A stretch of 64,000 nucleotides of DNA. Origin: an uncultured Eubacteriales bacterium. Lineage in GTDB: Bacteria > Bacillota > Clostridia > Oscillospirales > Acutalibacteraceae. A model generated the notes under the pieces. That model had not been told where the DNA came from and searched no databases. It saw nothing but the letters and a program-made list of their open reading frames with translations. The DNA lies in contig ONDU01000009.1 in NCBI GenBank assembly GCA_900316615.1, forward strand, positions 2,408 through 66,407. The letters run 5' to 3'. The translations under genes and the position numbers were made by a program. Of the stretch, positions 1-9,010 are shown one piece after another (the first letter of the stretch is position 1; every line of letters begins with the position of its first letter).

Positions 1-167
1 GCTTTGAGTTCCTTTACAAGCTGCCAGCTGTTGAATGCGTCAAGAAAGTTTATATATCCGGGCTTTCCGTTGAGAACCTCTATCGGAAGGTCTTTACCGT
101 CCTTCATAAAGATTTTAGAGGGCTTCTGGTTGGGATTACAGCCGTATTTAAGTTCCAGTTCGTTCAT
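1..167 (-). CDS. purH: AICAR transformylase (transformylase-only PurH type), N-terminal part; partial, continues past window start
   Basis: Manual minus-strand translation from ATG (rc of cat 165-167) gives MNELELKYGCNPNQKPSKIFMKDGKDLPIEVLNGKPGYINFLDAFNSWQLVKELK. This carries the KYGxNPxQ and GxPGYINxLD N-terminal signature of AICARFT. It is absent from the ORF track because it is open to the window edge. Confidence 0.75.
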   Translation of the reverse strand, partial: MNELELKYGCNPNQKPSKIFMKDGKDLPIEVLNGKPGYINFLDAFNSWQLVKELK

Positions 168-213
168 AATGTTTTCCTCCTGAATTAAAAGGTCTGCGGT
201 TCTGCCGGGGCAG

Positions 214-308
214 GCGATTGCAGACATCAAAAGCATTCGCTTTTGATAAATTAAAGGGTTTCACCCTTTAATTTGCCGGCAGAAAATTCTGCCGGGGTCT
301 GCAATCGC
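214..308. repeat. Family-A palindromic repeat, copy A1 (GCGATTGCAGAC ... GTCTGCAATCGC enclosing three hairpins)
   Basis: The 12-bp terminal inverted repeat lies at 214-225 and 297-308. Internal hairpins are atcaaaagc/gcttttgat, ttaaaggg/ccctttaa and ccggcag/ctgccgg. The architecture matches the copies at 43940, 49298 and 51078. Confidence 0.85.
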
Positions 309-345
309 CAAAGCGTAGATGCAGGCTGTTATCTGTAAAAAAGAA

Positions 346-1062
346 TTACTTGTTTTTGTTTACAATTCTTGTTTCTGTGTTTCCTGTTGCTATGTCTATA
401 TAGCGTACAAAAAGAGATACCTTGTTATCCTCATTGAGAGAAGTCCAAAGCATATTCGTGAATGTATCTATATCATCGTTGCCGATTTTGACAATCTTAG
501 GTTCTCCCTCAAAGCTGGGAAGGGGGTTGTCGTTGTTCTTGTAGGTATGGATAAACCTGCCCTGACCCTTGAGCGGCTTTGAGAAATTGAAGGTATAGCG
601 GCTGCATGATTCGGGGCTTCCGTCCGCACTTTTGAGAATGGAGATAGCATAGTCACACTTTCCGTTTTCGATTTCGACAATACCTGAAATTCTGGGGGTA
701 TAGTTAGGCTTGTCGGGTTCAAAGGCTCTTGTTCTGAGTGACTGCTCAAAGGTCTGACCCTTTTTCATAAGGTCGTATATAGTATCGGTCTGGTCGCCGT
801 TTGTAACTATGGTCTTGTTGCCGAGAACCTTTACGGGAGCGTAGATTATAAGTGAGGGGTCTTTCATTTTTGATTCGTCAAAGGCTTCTGTTCTCAGTCC
901 GTCTCCGTCCTCTACAAATATTCTGTTGCGGCTGTTTTCGCTTCTGCCCATAATGAAGTATGCTATTACGGCTCTTTCGCCGTCCTCACTTCTGCCAAGC
1001 AGAACACCTCTTCCGGGATAAGGATTTGTGCTTAATTCTTTTTCAAGTGAAAGTATTTCCAT
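346..1062 (-). CDS. IMP cyclohydrolase (PurO-like)
   Basis: The 238-aa ORF has NPYPGRGVLLG...YFIMGRSENSRNR, typical of the PurO-type IMP cyclohydrolase family. It lies between purN and a transformylase-only purH. Confidence 0.8.
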   Translation of the reverse strand: MEILSLEKELSTNPYPGRGVLLGRSEDGERAVIAYFIMGRSENSRNRIFVEDGDGLRTEAFDESKMKDPSLIIYAPVKVLGNKTIVTNGDQTDTIYDLMKKGQTFEQSLRTRAFEPDKPNYTPRISGIVEIENGKCDYAISILKSADGSPESCSRYTFNFSKPLKGQGRFIHTYKNNDNPLPSFEGEPKIVKIGNDDIDTFTNMLWTSLNEDNKVSLFVRYIDIATGNTETRIVNKNK

Positions 1063-1094
1063 TATGAATTATCCTTTCTGCAATATATGTATTT

Positions 1095-1724
1095 TTATTT
1101 TTGAATTTCGGTTGTGTTATCTTCCTTTACCCTGATTCTTCCGTCACAGAAAAGCGAAACTGCAAGCGGAAGTATTTTCCACTCAGCCTCCTGCATAACA
1201 CGCTTCTGTAAAATTTCAGGTGTATCGCCGCTGTGAACTTCAACAGCTTTCTGTAAGATTATAGCACCGCCGTCACATATTTCATTTACAAAATGTACGG
1301 TTGCACCTGTCACCTTTACGCCCTTTTTAAGAGCCTGCTTGTGTACACGCAATCCGTAAAAGCCCTCTCCGCAGAATGACGGTATCAAAGACGGGTGAAT
1401 ATTGATAATTTTATTTCTGAATGACTGTATGACATATTCTCCTAAGATAGTCATAAAACCTGCAAGCACTATCAAATCAGCTTTCTTTGTTTTAAGCAGT
1501 TCAACGAGGGCTTTGTCATACTCTTCCTGATTTTCATAATCCCTGCGTCTGATAACCGCCGTATCAATGCCGTTGTTTTTTGCTCTTTCGAGGGCATATG
1601 CTTCGGGATTGCTTGATATTACACAGGAAATTTTTCCGTTCTGAATTTTTCCGTCATTCTGAGCGTCAATCAAAGCCTGTAAATTCGTACCTCCGCCCGA
1701 TACGAGAACAACTATATTTTTCAT
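1095..1724 (-). CDS. purN: phosphoribosylglycinamide formyltransferase
   Basis: The N-terminus is MKNIVVLVSGGGTNLQALID, and the NIHPSLIP motif is present. Operon context supports the call. Confidence 0.9.
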   Translation of the reverse strand: MKNIVVLVSGGGTNLQALIDAQNDGKIQNGKISCVISSNPEAYALERAKNNGIDTAVIRRRDYENQEEYDKALVELLKTKKADLIVLAGFMTILGEYVIQSFRNKIINIHPSLIPSFCGEGFYGLRVHKQALKKGVKVTGATVHFVNEICDGGAIILQKAVEVHSGDTPEILQKRVMQEAEWKILPLAVSLFCDGRIRVKEDNTTEIQK

Positions 1725-1744
1725 AGTATAAACCTCACGTTCCG

Positions 1745-2779
1745 TTATACGAATATTACTTCCTTATCTCCCGAAACTACCTCACCGAGAACAAATGCTT
1801 TTTCGCCTGCATTTTCAAGAACATTCAGAGCCTTTTCTGCGTCATCTTTGCCTACTGCGATAACCATACCTACACCCATATTGAAGGTATTGAACATATC
1901 GTGTTCGGAAATATTGCCCTCACGCTGTATTATATTGAATATGGGCAGTACGGGAACGGCTAATTTTACAATCTGAGCCGACATTCCGTCTTTAAGCATT
2001 CTGGGAATATTTTCATAGAAGCCGCCGCCCGTTATATGGGACACTGCCTTTACCTTTACATTTTCGATAAGTGAAAGCAGAGGCTTTACATAAATTTTTG
2101 TAGGTGTGAGCAGCGTTTCGCCCAGAGGCTTTTCAAGCTCGTCATACTCCTTGTATACGGTTTCTGCGTTTATACCGAATACCTTTCTCACGAGGGAAAA
2201 GCCGTTTGAATGTACTCCTGATGAAGCAAGACCGATAAGGACATCACCCTCTTCAAGCTCCGAGCCGTCTATTATTTTCTTCTTGTCTACAATGCCTACT
2301 GCAAAGCCTGCAAGGTCATATTCATCTATTGGATAAAAGCCCGGCATTTCGGCAGTTTCGCCGCCTACCAACGCACAGCCTGACTGTACACAGCCCTCAG
2401 CTACTCCCGAAACTATTTCGGCTACCTTTTCAGGCTCGTTCTTGCCAAGTGCCATATAGTCAAGGAAAAACAGCGGCTTTGCTCCTCCGCATACTACGTC
2501 ATTTACGCACATAGCCACACAGTCTATTCCTATTGTATCGTGCTTGTCAAGCAGAAATGCAAGCTTGAGCTTTGTTCCTACTCCGTCAGTTCCCGAAACA
2601 AGCACAGGCTCCTCCATTCCTGACAAATTCGGCTGAAACAGTCCGCCGAAGCCTCCTATGCCTGATATTACACCGTCAGTTTTTGTTTTTGCTATGTGCT
2701 TTTTCATAAGCTCCACAGACTTATAGCCTGCGGTAACGTCTACACCGGCTTCCTTATAGCTTTCGCTAAAGCTTTTCAT
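1745..2779 (-). CDS. purM: phosphoribosylformylglycinamidine cyclo-ligase (AIR synthase)
   Basis: The 344-aa ORF carries [15 protein letters not shown] and SGTDGVGTK motifs. Confidence 0.95.
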   Translation of the reverse strand: MKSFSESYKEAGVDVTAGYKSVELMKKHIAKTKTDGVISGIGGFGGLFQPNLSGMEEPVLVSGTDGVGTKLKLAFLLDKHDTIGIDCVAMCVNDVVCGGAKPLFFLDYMALGKNEPEKVAEIVSGVAEGCVQSGCALVGGETAEMPGFYPIDEYDLAGFAVGIVDKKKIIDGSELEEGDVLIGLASSGVHSNGFSLVRKVFGINAETVYKEYDELEKPLGETLLTPTKIYVKPLLSLIENVKVKAVSHITGGGFYENIPRMLKDGMSAQIVKLAVPVLPIFNIIQREGNISEHDMFNTFNMGVGMVIAVGKDDAEKALNVLENAGEKAFVLGEVVSGDKEVIFV

Positions 2780-2821
2780 AAAAAATCCTCCACAATTAAA
2801 TATAAATAATTTACTGAATTA

Positions 2822-4279
2822 TCATCTCTGTATTTTTCTGCTGTACTTATCAAAAAATTCTTCTTCGGGCTTGCCTATTGGATAATCTCCTGAGAAACAC
2901 GCACAGCAGAAATCTACATCTGAACTGTCCGCACAGCCGATTAAATCCTCAACAGAAATATATTCCAGCGAATCAGCTCCCATTTTCTCACGAAGCTCAT
3001 CGGCAGTCATTCTGTTTGATATTAACTTCTCTCTTTCAGGCAGACTTGTTCCGTAGTAACAACTGTTCTTAAACGGCGGTGACGCAACTCTTACATGTAC
3101 CTCCCTGGCTCCTGCCTTTTTCAACAATTCAACAATATGCGACATCGTTCCGCCGCGGACAATGCTGTCATCTATAATTACAACTCTTTTTCCGCATACT
3201 GTCGGCTTGAGTACGTTTATCTTTATTTCAAGAGTTCTCTTTCTCATACTGTCGCTGTCCATTGAAAGAGTTCTTCCAAGATACTTGTTTTTGATTATCG
3301 CAATACCGTAGGGTATGCCCGAAGCCGCCGCATAACCTATAGCACAGCTTACTCCGCTGTCGGGAATTCCGCATACAATGTCAGCTTCAACAGGATATTT
3401 TTCTGCCAGCACCTTTCCGACATTCATTCTGAACAGGTGAACGCTCTGATTATCAAGAACACTGTCAGGTCTGGCTACATAAATCTGCTCAAAAATACAC
3501 ATAGAGGTTCTGCCTCCGCAATGCTCGGTATAGCTGTGAACACCGCTTTCATCTATAACGACTACTTCACCCGGCTTTATATCTCTTACAAACTCAGCTC
3601 CCAAGCTGTCGAAAGCACAGCTTTCGGAGGAAACCATATAGCTGTTCTTCATCTTTCCAAGACAAAGCGGTCTGAACCCGTGAGGGTCACGCACAGCTAT
3701 AAGCTTGCTCGGCGAAACTATTACCATTGAATACGCTCCCTCAAGCTTATCCATAGTTCTTAAAACGGCTTCCTCTATGCTGTCGGCTTCAATTCTCTCC
3801 CCTGCTATTATGTAGGATATAAGCTCTGCGTTACTGTTGGACTGGAATATTGAACCGCTTTCCTGAAGCTCCTCATAAAGCTTTGCCTTGTTCGTAATAT
3901 CTCCGTTGTGAGCTATTGCGAGAGAACCGTATTTGTATCTCATAAGAAGCGGCTGTCCCGAAACAAGCTCATCTTCTTCAAACTTTCTCACAGAGTGCTT
4001 TACATGTCCTACAGCTATTTTTCCGTTCGGCAGTTCTTCAAGTGCATTGGAGCGGAACGCTTCGGAAATAACTCCGCTGTTTTTATAACACTTGAATTCT
4101 CCGTTATCGTTTACGCATATTCCCGCACCGAGCTGTCCTCTGTGCTGCAGGGAATACAGTCCGCTGCAAACCTCTACAACCGAGTCTATTTCATCATCAT
4201 TTCTGTATATTCCGAATACTCCGCATTCCTCACGGGGCTTTTCGTCCTCAAAAGCATTAAATTTTGCTACCTTGCTCAC
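2822..4279 (-). CDS. purF: amidophosphoribosyltransferase
   Basis: The 485-aa ORF has the EECGVFGI N-terminal nucleophile motif and a PRTase DDSIVRGGT motif. Its GTG start overlaps the purE stop (GTGA). Confidence 0.95.
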   Translation of the reverse strand: MSKVAKFNAFEDEKPREECGVFGIYRNDDEIDSVVEVCSGLYSLQHRGQLGAGICVNDNGEFKCYKNSGVISEAFRSNALEELPNGKIAVGHVKHSVRKFEEDELVSGQPLLMRYKYGSLAIAHNGDITNKAKLYEELQESGSIFQSNSNAELISYIIAGERIEADSIEEAVLRTMDKLEGAYSMVIVSPSKLIAVRDPHGFRPLCLGKMKNSYMVSSESCAFDSLGAEFVRDIKPGEVVVIDESGVHSYTEHCGGRTSMCIFEQIYVARPDSVLDNQSVHLFRMNVGKVLAEKYPVEADIVCGIPDSGVSCAIGYAAASGIPYGIAIIKNKYLGRTLSMDSDSMRKRTLEIKINVLKPTVCGKRVVIIDDSIVRGGTMSHIVELLKKAGAREVHVRVASPPFKNSCYYGTSLPEREKLISNRMTADELREKMGADSLEYISVEDLIGCADSSDVDFCCACFSGDYPIGKPEEEFFDKYSRKIQR

Positions 4280-4773
4280 AGCTCTGCCACCTTACTCTGA
4301 ACAGCCTTGTCCTTTTCCATTACTCCCGCTTCCATATCAGCCTTGAGCTTATCAAGCTTTTCCGCAAGAGTATCGTCCGACAAAGCTAAAATCTGAACTG
4401 CAAGAAGTGCCGCATTGTCTGCTCCGTCTATTGCAACAGTCGCTACAGGTATTCCCTTGGGCATCTGCACCGTTGCAAGAAGTGCGTCAAGTCCGTCAAG
4501 TGTTGATGATTTTATCGGTATTCCTATAACGGGAATTGTAGTATGTGCGGCAAGCACTCCTGCAAGGTGAGCCGCCTTTCCTGCCGCTGCTATGATTACA
4601 CCAAAGCCCCTGCTCCTTGCCGAAGAAGAAAATTCCGCTGCCTGTGCAGGTGTGCGGTGTGCTGACATAACGTGTACCTCAAAGGGAACTCCGTATTCCC
4701 TGAGAGTTTTTATTGCTCCCGATACAACAGGAAAGTCGCTGTCGCTTCCCATAATAACCGCTGCTTTTTTCAT
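4276..4773 (-). CDS. purE: N5-carboxyaminoimidazole ribonucleotide mutase
   Basis: [17 protein letters not shown]...AHRTP...[11 protein letters not shown] matches purE. The start is set at the internal ATG 4771-4773, behind the RBS aaaggaa. The longer track ORF (to 4869) only reads through the leader. Confidence 0.9.
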   Translation of the reverse strand: MKKAAVIMGSDSDFPVVSGAIKTLREYGVPFEVHVMSAHRTPAQAAEFSSSARSRGFGVIIAAAGKAAHLAGVLAAHTTIPVIGIPIKSSTLDGLDALLATVQMPKGIPVATVAIDGADNAALLAVQILALSDDTLAEKLDKLKADMEAGVMEKDKAVQSKVAEL

Positions 4774-4848
4774 TTCAAACATTCCTTTCATTAATTCAAT
4801 GCGTATTCCAAAAGGATTCGGTTTTTCGGAATCGTAAAATGTAATTCC

Positions 4849-4884
4849 AAAACTAAAAGGCTGTGGCAAACCTGCACCACAGCC
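4849..4884 (-). terminator. Intrinsic-terminator-like hairpin inside the purE leader
   Basis: The minus strand reads ggctgtgg-tgcaggtttg-ccacagcc followed by ttttagtttt. It sits about 80 nt upstream of the purE start. Confidence 0.5.
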
Positions 4885-4998
4885 TGAGTTTCACACTGTA
4901 ACAAAACGCAAATATACCCACATATGGAAAAACATATCATTTGTTGTACAAACAATACCTACCATACAAGCTACCTCCGCAGAACAGTTACTGTATAT

Positions 4999-5027
4999 AT
5001 TTTATTGCATTTTTAAAATAATTTCAA
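4999..5027 (-). promoter_or_regulatory. Candidate sigma-A promoter of the pur operon (TTGAAA-17-TAAAAT)
   Basis: On the minus strand ttgaaa is at 5022-5027, the spacer is 17 nt and taaaat is at 4999-5004. Confidence 0.45.
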
Positions 5028-5144
5028 CTGTTTTTTATTTATACAATGAAATTCATCACTCTTTGTATTTTAAGAGTATTAAAAAGAATTTACAGAATAT
5101 CTTTTTGTAAAATATAAACAAATCAGATTGAACTGTTTACTGTT

Positions 5145-6056
5145 TCAGGCGTTGTCATTATTGAAAACTTCCTTTACGGACGTTGCAAGACCTGCCAAGG
5201 ACTGTATTTCCGAGGGAATTATAATCTTTGTAGCTTTGCCGTCGGCAGCCTTCTGGAATGCTTCAAGGCTCTTGAGAGCTATTACCTTGTCACTGGGAGC
5301 TGCTTCGTTCAGCATTTTCAGAGCGTCCGCATATGCCTGCTGTACGCTTCTTATAGCCTCTGCCTCACCCTGTGCCTCACGGATTTTTCTCTCCTTGATA
5401 GCGTCTGCCTGCAAAATAGCTGACTGTTTGTGACCTTCGGCAACAAGTATCTCACTTTCTCTCTGACCTTCAGCCTCAAGTATTCTCGCACGTCTTTCAC
5501 GCTCAGCCTTCATCTGCTTCTCCATAGATTCCTGAATCTCTCTGGGAGGGAGAATGTTTTTAAGCTCAACTCTGTTTACCTTTATTCCCCATGCGTCTGT
5601 AGCTTCATCAAGTATTACTCTTATCTTACTGTTGATAACATCTCTTGATGTAAGAGTATGGTCAAGCTCCAGCTCACCTATGATATTTCTCAGAGTTGTT
5701 GCCGTAAGGTTTTCTATAGCCGAAATAGGATTTTCTACGCCGTATGTGTAGAGCTTGGGGTCTGTTATCTGAAAATACACTACGGTATCAATCTGCATTG
5801 TAACGTTATCCTTTGTTATAACGGGCTGAGGGGGGAAATCCACAACCTGCTCTTTAAGGGATACTCTCCTTGAAATTCTGTCTATAAACGGTATCTTCCA
5901 GTGAAGTCCTGTTCCCCATGATTCATGGTAAGCACCGAAACGCTCTATTACAAACGAATGTGCCTGCGGAACTACCTTTACATTCGCAACAAAAATCAGA
6001 ATTGCTATTATTGCCAATATTACTATTACTAAAAAAAACGGACTCATAATCGTCAT
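5145..6056 (-). CDS. SPFH/Band-7 (stomatin-like) membrane protein
   Basis: The 303-aa ORF has an N-terminal TM, an SPFH core (VVPQAHSFVIERFGAY...) and a charged EAEGQRESEIL coiled tail. Confidence 0.9.
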   Translation of the reverse strand: MTIMSPFFLVIVILAIIAILIFVANVKVVPQAHSFVIERFGAYHESWGTGLHWKIPFIDRISRRVSLKEQVVDFPPQPVITKDNVTMQIDTVVYFQITDPKLYTYGVENPISAIENLTATTLRNIIGELELDHTLTSRDVINSKIRVILDEATDAWGIKVNRVELKNILPPREIQESMEKQMKAERERRARILEAEGQRESEILVAEGHKQSAILQADAIKERKIREAQGEAEAIRSVQQAYADALKMLNEAAPSDKVIALKSLEAFQKAADGKATKIIIPSEIQSLAGLATSVKEVFNNDNA

Positions 6057-6081
6057 TCTTCCTTTCTTAAAGCTGTAAAAA

Positions 6082-6555
6082 TTATACCTTTACTTCGCAG
6101 GGAGCAACTACCATTTTTACTCCCTCTATCGCCTTGACCTGTACCTTTGTTCCCGCAGGAATAAACGCACCTGTCTCCGACTTGGCAGACCATACCGAGC
6201 CTTCTGCCTTTACCTGTCCCACTGCTTCGGTATCATCTATATCCACAATGACATCTGCAACCTTTCCTATGTATCTGTCACAGTTTGTCGGAACATCTCC
6301 GCTCTTGCTTTTAAGGTGTCTTGCAAGCGGTCTTGTGGCTGCTATGCATACTATAGACAGCAGCGAAAATACTGCAAGCTGTACGATTAAATCATCTGTA
6401 AATACCGAAACTATCGCAGCGGCAACCGCTCCGACTGCAAACCAGAGGGATACAAGCTGAACTGTACACCCCTCCAGTATTACGGCAATTACTGCAACAA
6501 TAATCCATACAACAGGTAAGCTTAAACCTTCTATCATAATAAATTCTCCTTTCAT
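6082..6555 (-). CDS. NfeD-family membrane protein (partner of the SPFH protein)
   Basis: It has TM helices plus a C-terminal OB-like GKVADV...GQVKAEGSVWSAKS motif. It lies immediately upstream of the SPFH gene. Confidence 0.8.
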   Translation of the reverse strand: MKGEFIMIEGLSLPVVWIIVAVIAVILEGCTVQLVSLWFAVGAVAAAIVSVFTDDLIVQLAVFSLLSIVCIAATRPLARHLKSKSGDVPTNCDRYIGKVADVIVDIDDTEAVGQVKAEGSVWSAKSETGAFIPAGTKVQVKAIEGVKMVVAPCEVKV

Positions 6556-6721
6556 CTAAGACAGAAGTATACCCCGGCTCAATAATAAAATATCATATTC
6601 CGCTTATATAGTCAATATACAGCTTTGTAACAAAATAATTAAGGATTTTTTAACATTATAACGAAAATATAAATAAGTCTTTTTACATATAATTTAACAA
6701 ACCCTGACGGAGCAAAACCAT

Positions 6722-6803
6722 AAAGTTTAGGTCAAGCCTTTTCAAAGGCTTGCGGGTCGAGGGCAGAGCCCTCGTCAGGATTTTCAAGGGTGAAACCCTT
6801 AAA
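6722..6803. repeat. Family-B stacked-hairpin repeat, copy B1 (forward)
   Basis: The sequence is aagtttaggtcaagccttttcaaaggcttgcgggtcgagggcagagccctcgtcaggattttcaagggtgaaacccttaaa. It is near-identical to 13545-13625. Confidence 0.85.
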
Positions 6804-6869
6804 TACTAAATACATTAAATCATCAATGCCGTAAAACAGCATTGATATAAATAAAACGGAGCTGAGTTT

Positions 6870-7133
6870 ATGGACATTAAAATTATAGCATCGGTTTTTG
6901 CAGGAGCTGTTCTGTTTTTTACATTCCTCTACGCAGTCAAGAAAAGCCGCAAGCCCTTCAAAAGAGCCGTTACCTCTGCCCTTTCGGGCATTCTTGCACT
7001 TGTTGCCGTAAATGCCGCAGGACTTTTCACAGGCGTATATATTCCCGTAAGCATACTGAGCATATGCATAAGTGCAGCGGGCGGTATTCCTGCCGTAACC
7101 GTTATGCTTATAATCGACACCTTTTTCAGATAA
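6870..7133 (+). CDS. bofA: pro-sigmaK processing inhibitor BofA-like
   Basis: The 87-aa two-TM protein has the same length and KP.K...VN..G...IP......GIP pattern as BofA. Confidence 0.75.
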   Translation: MDIKIIASVFAGAVLFFTFLYAVKKSRKPFKRAVTSALSGILALVAVNAAGLFTGVYIPVSILSICISAAGGIPAVTVMLIIDTFFR

Positions 7134-7746
7134 AGTCCTCTCTGCTGAAATCGGCGGCTGCTATTATGTTTAATGCCGTTTTCTTGTCGCCCGTCATAAG
7201 TGCCACGACAGCCTGATATATAACGTCCGTATTATTGTAAAAGACATTTTTAACCACGCTTGCCTGCTCCGCATTGGGGGCATACATACTTATCTGCAAA
7301 AGCTGGTTCTTTCCGTCATTTATCGTACATTCCACATATGAACGGCTGTTTTTGGTTTTCAGCTTTACATCGTTGTCCTGTTTTATATCACGCTGACGCA
7401 GAGCCTGTCTGTATTTTTCAAGAGCTTTGTCCCTGACGGACGCAGGAAGCCCGTCTGCAAGATTTTTTACTATAAATCTTCCCGATTCCGAAATCCTGTA
7501 AATCTGAGAGTCTTTGTCGTCAGCTTCAAGCTGACCGTTTGCCGTAAGTTCATCAAATCCCTGCGAGGCTTCAAAATAATTTGCCGCACCGCATTTCTGC
7601 AAAACTCCGCATATAAAATCCTTGCCCGTACCGTTATCTGTCTTATCTACGAGATAGCATATCAGTACCTTTATCTTGTCCCTGTCACGAAGCCCTCCCG
7701 GAGCTACTCCGTCATTGGAACTGTTGTACAGAACATTGAACGACAT
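7126..7746 (-). CDS. DUF4364-like protein (putative winged-helix protein of Clostridia)
   Basis: The 206-aa ORF resembles this family from memory only. Its 3' end overlaps bofA convergently by 8 nt. Confidence 0.55.
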   Translation of the reverse strand: MSFNVLYNSSNDGVAPGGLRDRDKIKVLICYLVDKTDNGTGKDFICGVLQKCGAANYFEASQGFDELTANGQLEADDKDSQIYRISESGRFIVKNLADGLPASVRDKALEKYRQALRQRDIKQDNDVKLKTKNSRSYVECTINDGKNQLLQISMYAPNAEQASVVKNVFYNNTDVIYQAVVALMTGDKKTALNIIAAADFSREDFI

Positions 7747-7787
7747 TATATATACACCTCCTGTGAAAAATCCGTCAACCGCAGCAA

Positions 7788-8204
7788 TTACTCTACATTC
7801 CTGTTTATCAAATCCTCTAAAGTCACACTTCCGAGATAATCGTCAATAATTTTATCCAGCTTTCTCCAAAGCGGAAGCGTCATACACTGTTCGGAACGTG
7901 CACATTCCGTTCCTCCGCTCAGCTTTGAGCAGGATACAGGTGCAAGAGTACCCTCGGTAAGCTTCAGTACAGAGCTTATAGTATACTTTGACGGCTCCTC
8001 TTTAAGTCTGTAGCCGCCGTTTTTACCTCTCATACTTTCCACAAAGCCTGCTTTTGACAACAGAGCTACAATATTTTCGAGGTATTTCATTGATACCTCC
8101 TGTCTCTCAGCCACACCCTTGAGAGAAACATAGCTTCCCTGCGAATTTACCGCCAAATCTATAAGAACCCTCAACGCATATCTTCCCTTTGTAGACACCA
8201 TCAT
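7788..8204 (-). CDS. Rrf2-family transcriptional regulator (three-Cys, IscR/CymR-like)
   Basis: The N-terminal HTH is STKGRYALRVLIDLA. Cysteines in CSKLSGGTECARSEQC are spaced like Fe-S ligands. Confidence 0.9.
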   Translation of the reverse strand: MMVSTKGRYALRVLIDLAVNSQGSYVSLKGVAERQEVSMKYLENIVALLSKAGFVESMRGKNGGYRLKEEPSKYTISSVLKLTEGTLAPVSCSKLSGGTECARSEQCMTLPLWRKLDKIIDDYLGSVTLEDLINRNVE

Positions 8205-8231
8205 AAATTAACCGCCTCCTATGTTATTCAG

Positions 8232-8315
8232 TTTAAGGGCTCTGCCCTTAAAAATACAGCCAAAGTCTCTGACTTTGGAAAACGTGAGCTTTTGAAAAAG
8301 TTCACTCAAAACTTT
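8232..8315. repeat. Family-B stacked-hairpin repeat, divergent copy B7 (inverted)
   Basis: Modules are tttaagggctctgcccttaaa, ccaaagtctctgactttgg and gtgagcttttgaaaaagttcac followed by tcaaaacttt. Module order matches B4 and B5. Confidence 0.6.
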
Positions 8316-8343
8316 CCCGTTATCTCCGTCATAAATTCATCTT

Positions 8344-8379
8344 AAACAAAAACAGCATAAAGCTTTTGTGACTTTATGC
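8344..8379 (-). terminator. Intrinsic terminator after the PAP2 gene
   Basis: The stem gcataaag/ctttatgc is followed by a T-run on the minus strand. Confidence 0.6.
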
Positions 8380-8404
8380 CGTCAACTAATCCTTGCTTTC
8401 TTAA

Positions 8405-8962
8405 TCAGCCTGCAAGACCCCTGAAAAGTATGCTTACTATCAGTCTGTCCATTATCGTTACGGACAGGCTTCCGCAGAGAACTCCCAGAACTATTCCGCA
8501 TATGACATCTGTAAGATAATGCACTCTCAGATATATCCTCGAAAAGCTTATGAGAGCCGCCAAAATCAGGACAGGTACCCACAAATCCCATTCGCACCTG
8601 AAAAAGCTTACTGCAAAAACAGAAAACGATGATGCAGAATGTCCCGACGGAAACGAATAAAAATCGGGACGTTTTGTAAGCAGCTTTTCGTCCTCCAGCT
8701 TGTGGCACGGACGCATTCTGCATACCGTATGCTTTATAAGCCCCTCTCCGAAAGCCGAGGTAAGACCTATCGCCACAAGAAAATTTACTCCCGTTACAAT
8801 GCCGGCAGGATTTAGTATGAACGGAATACAAAGCAGTATCCATACAGAGCCTTTTGTACCAAGCATTGAAATGACTATCATTATGTTATTTAATACCGGT
8901 GTATGCAGCCGTCCAATCCAGTCCAGTACAAAGTCATCAATATATTGTATTTGTTTTAACAT
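8405..8962 (-). CDS. PAP2-family phosphatase (undecaprenyl-diphosphatase-like)
   Basis: PAP2 motifs KxxxxxxRP, PSGH and SRxxxxxHxxxD are present (RMRP, SFPSGHSA, SRIYLRVHYLTD). Confidence 0.85.
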   Translation of the reverse strand: MLKQIQYIDDFVLDWIGRLHTPVLNNIMIVISMLGTKGSVWILLCIPFILNPAGIVTGVNFLVAIGLTSAFGEGLIKHTVCRMRPCHKLEDEKLLTKRPDFYSFPSGHSASSFSVFAVSFFRCEWDLWVPVLILAALISFSRIYLRVHYLTDVICGIVLGVLCGSLSVTIMDRLIVSILFRGLAG

Positions 8963-9010
8963 ATCTTTCTCCCAATACAGTCTGTGAATATACTGAAATA
9001 AGCAGTATCA

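Noticed and set aside
4774-5000. A purine, ZTP or PRPP riboswitch in the purE leader.
   Set aside because: I looked for the conserved cores of each class on the minus strand and found none. The leader is kept as an unclassified attenuator candidate instead.
8382-8843. A 153-aa minus-strand ORF overlapping the PAP2 gene in another frame.
   Set aside because: The PAP2 frame carries all three phosphatase motifs. The alternative frame has no recognisable features.
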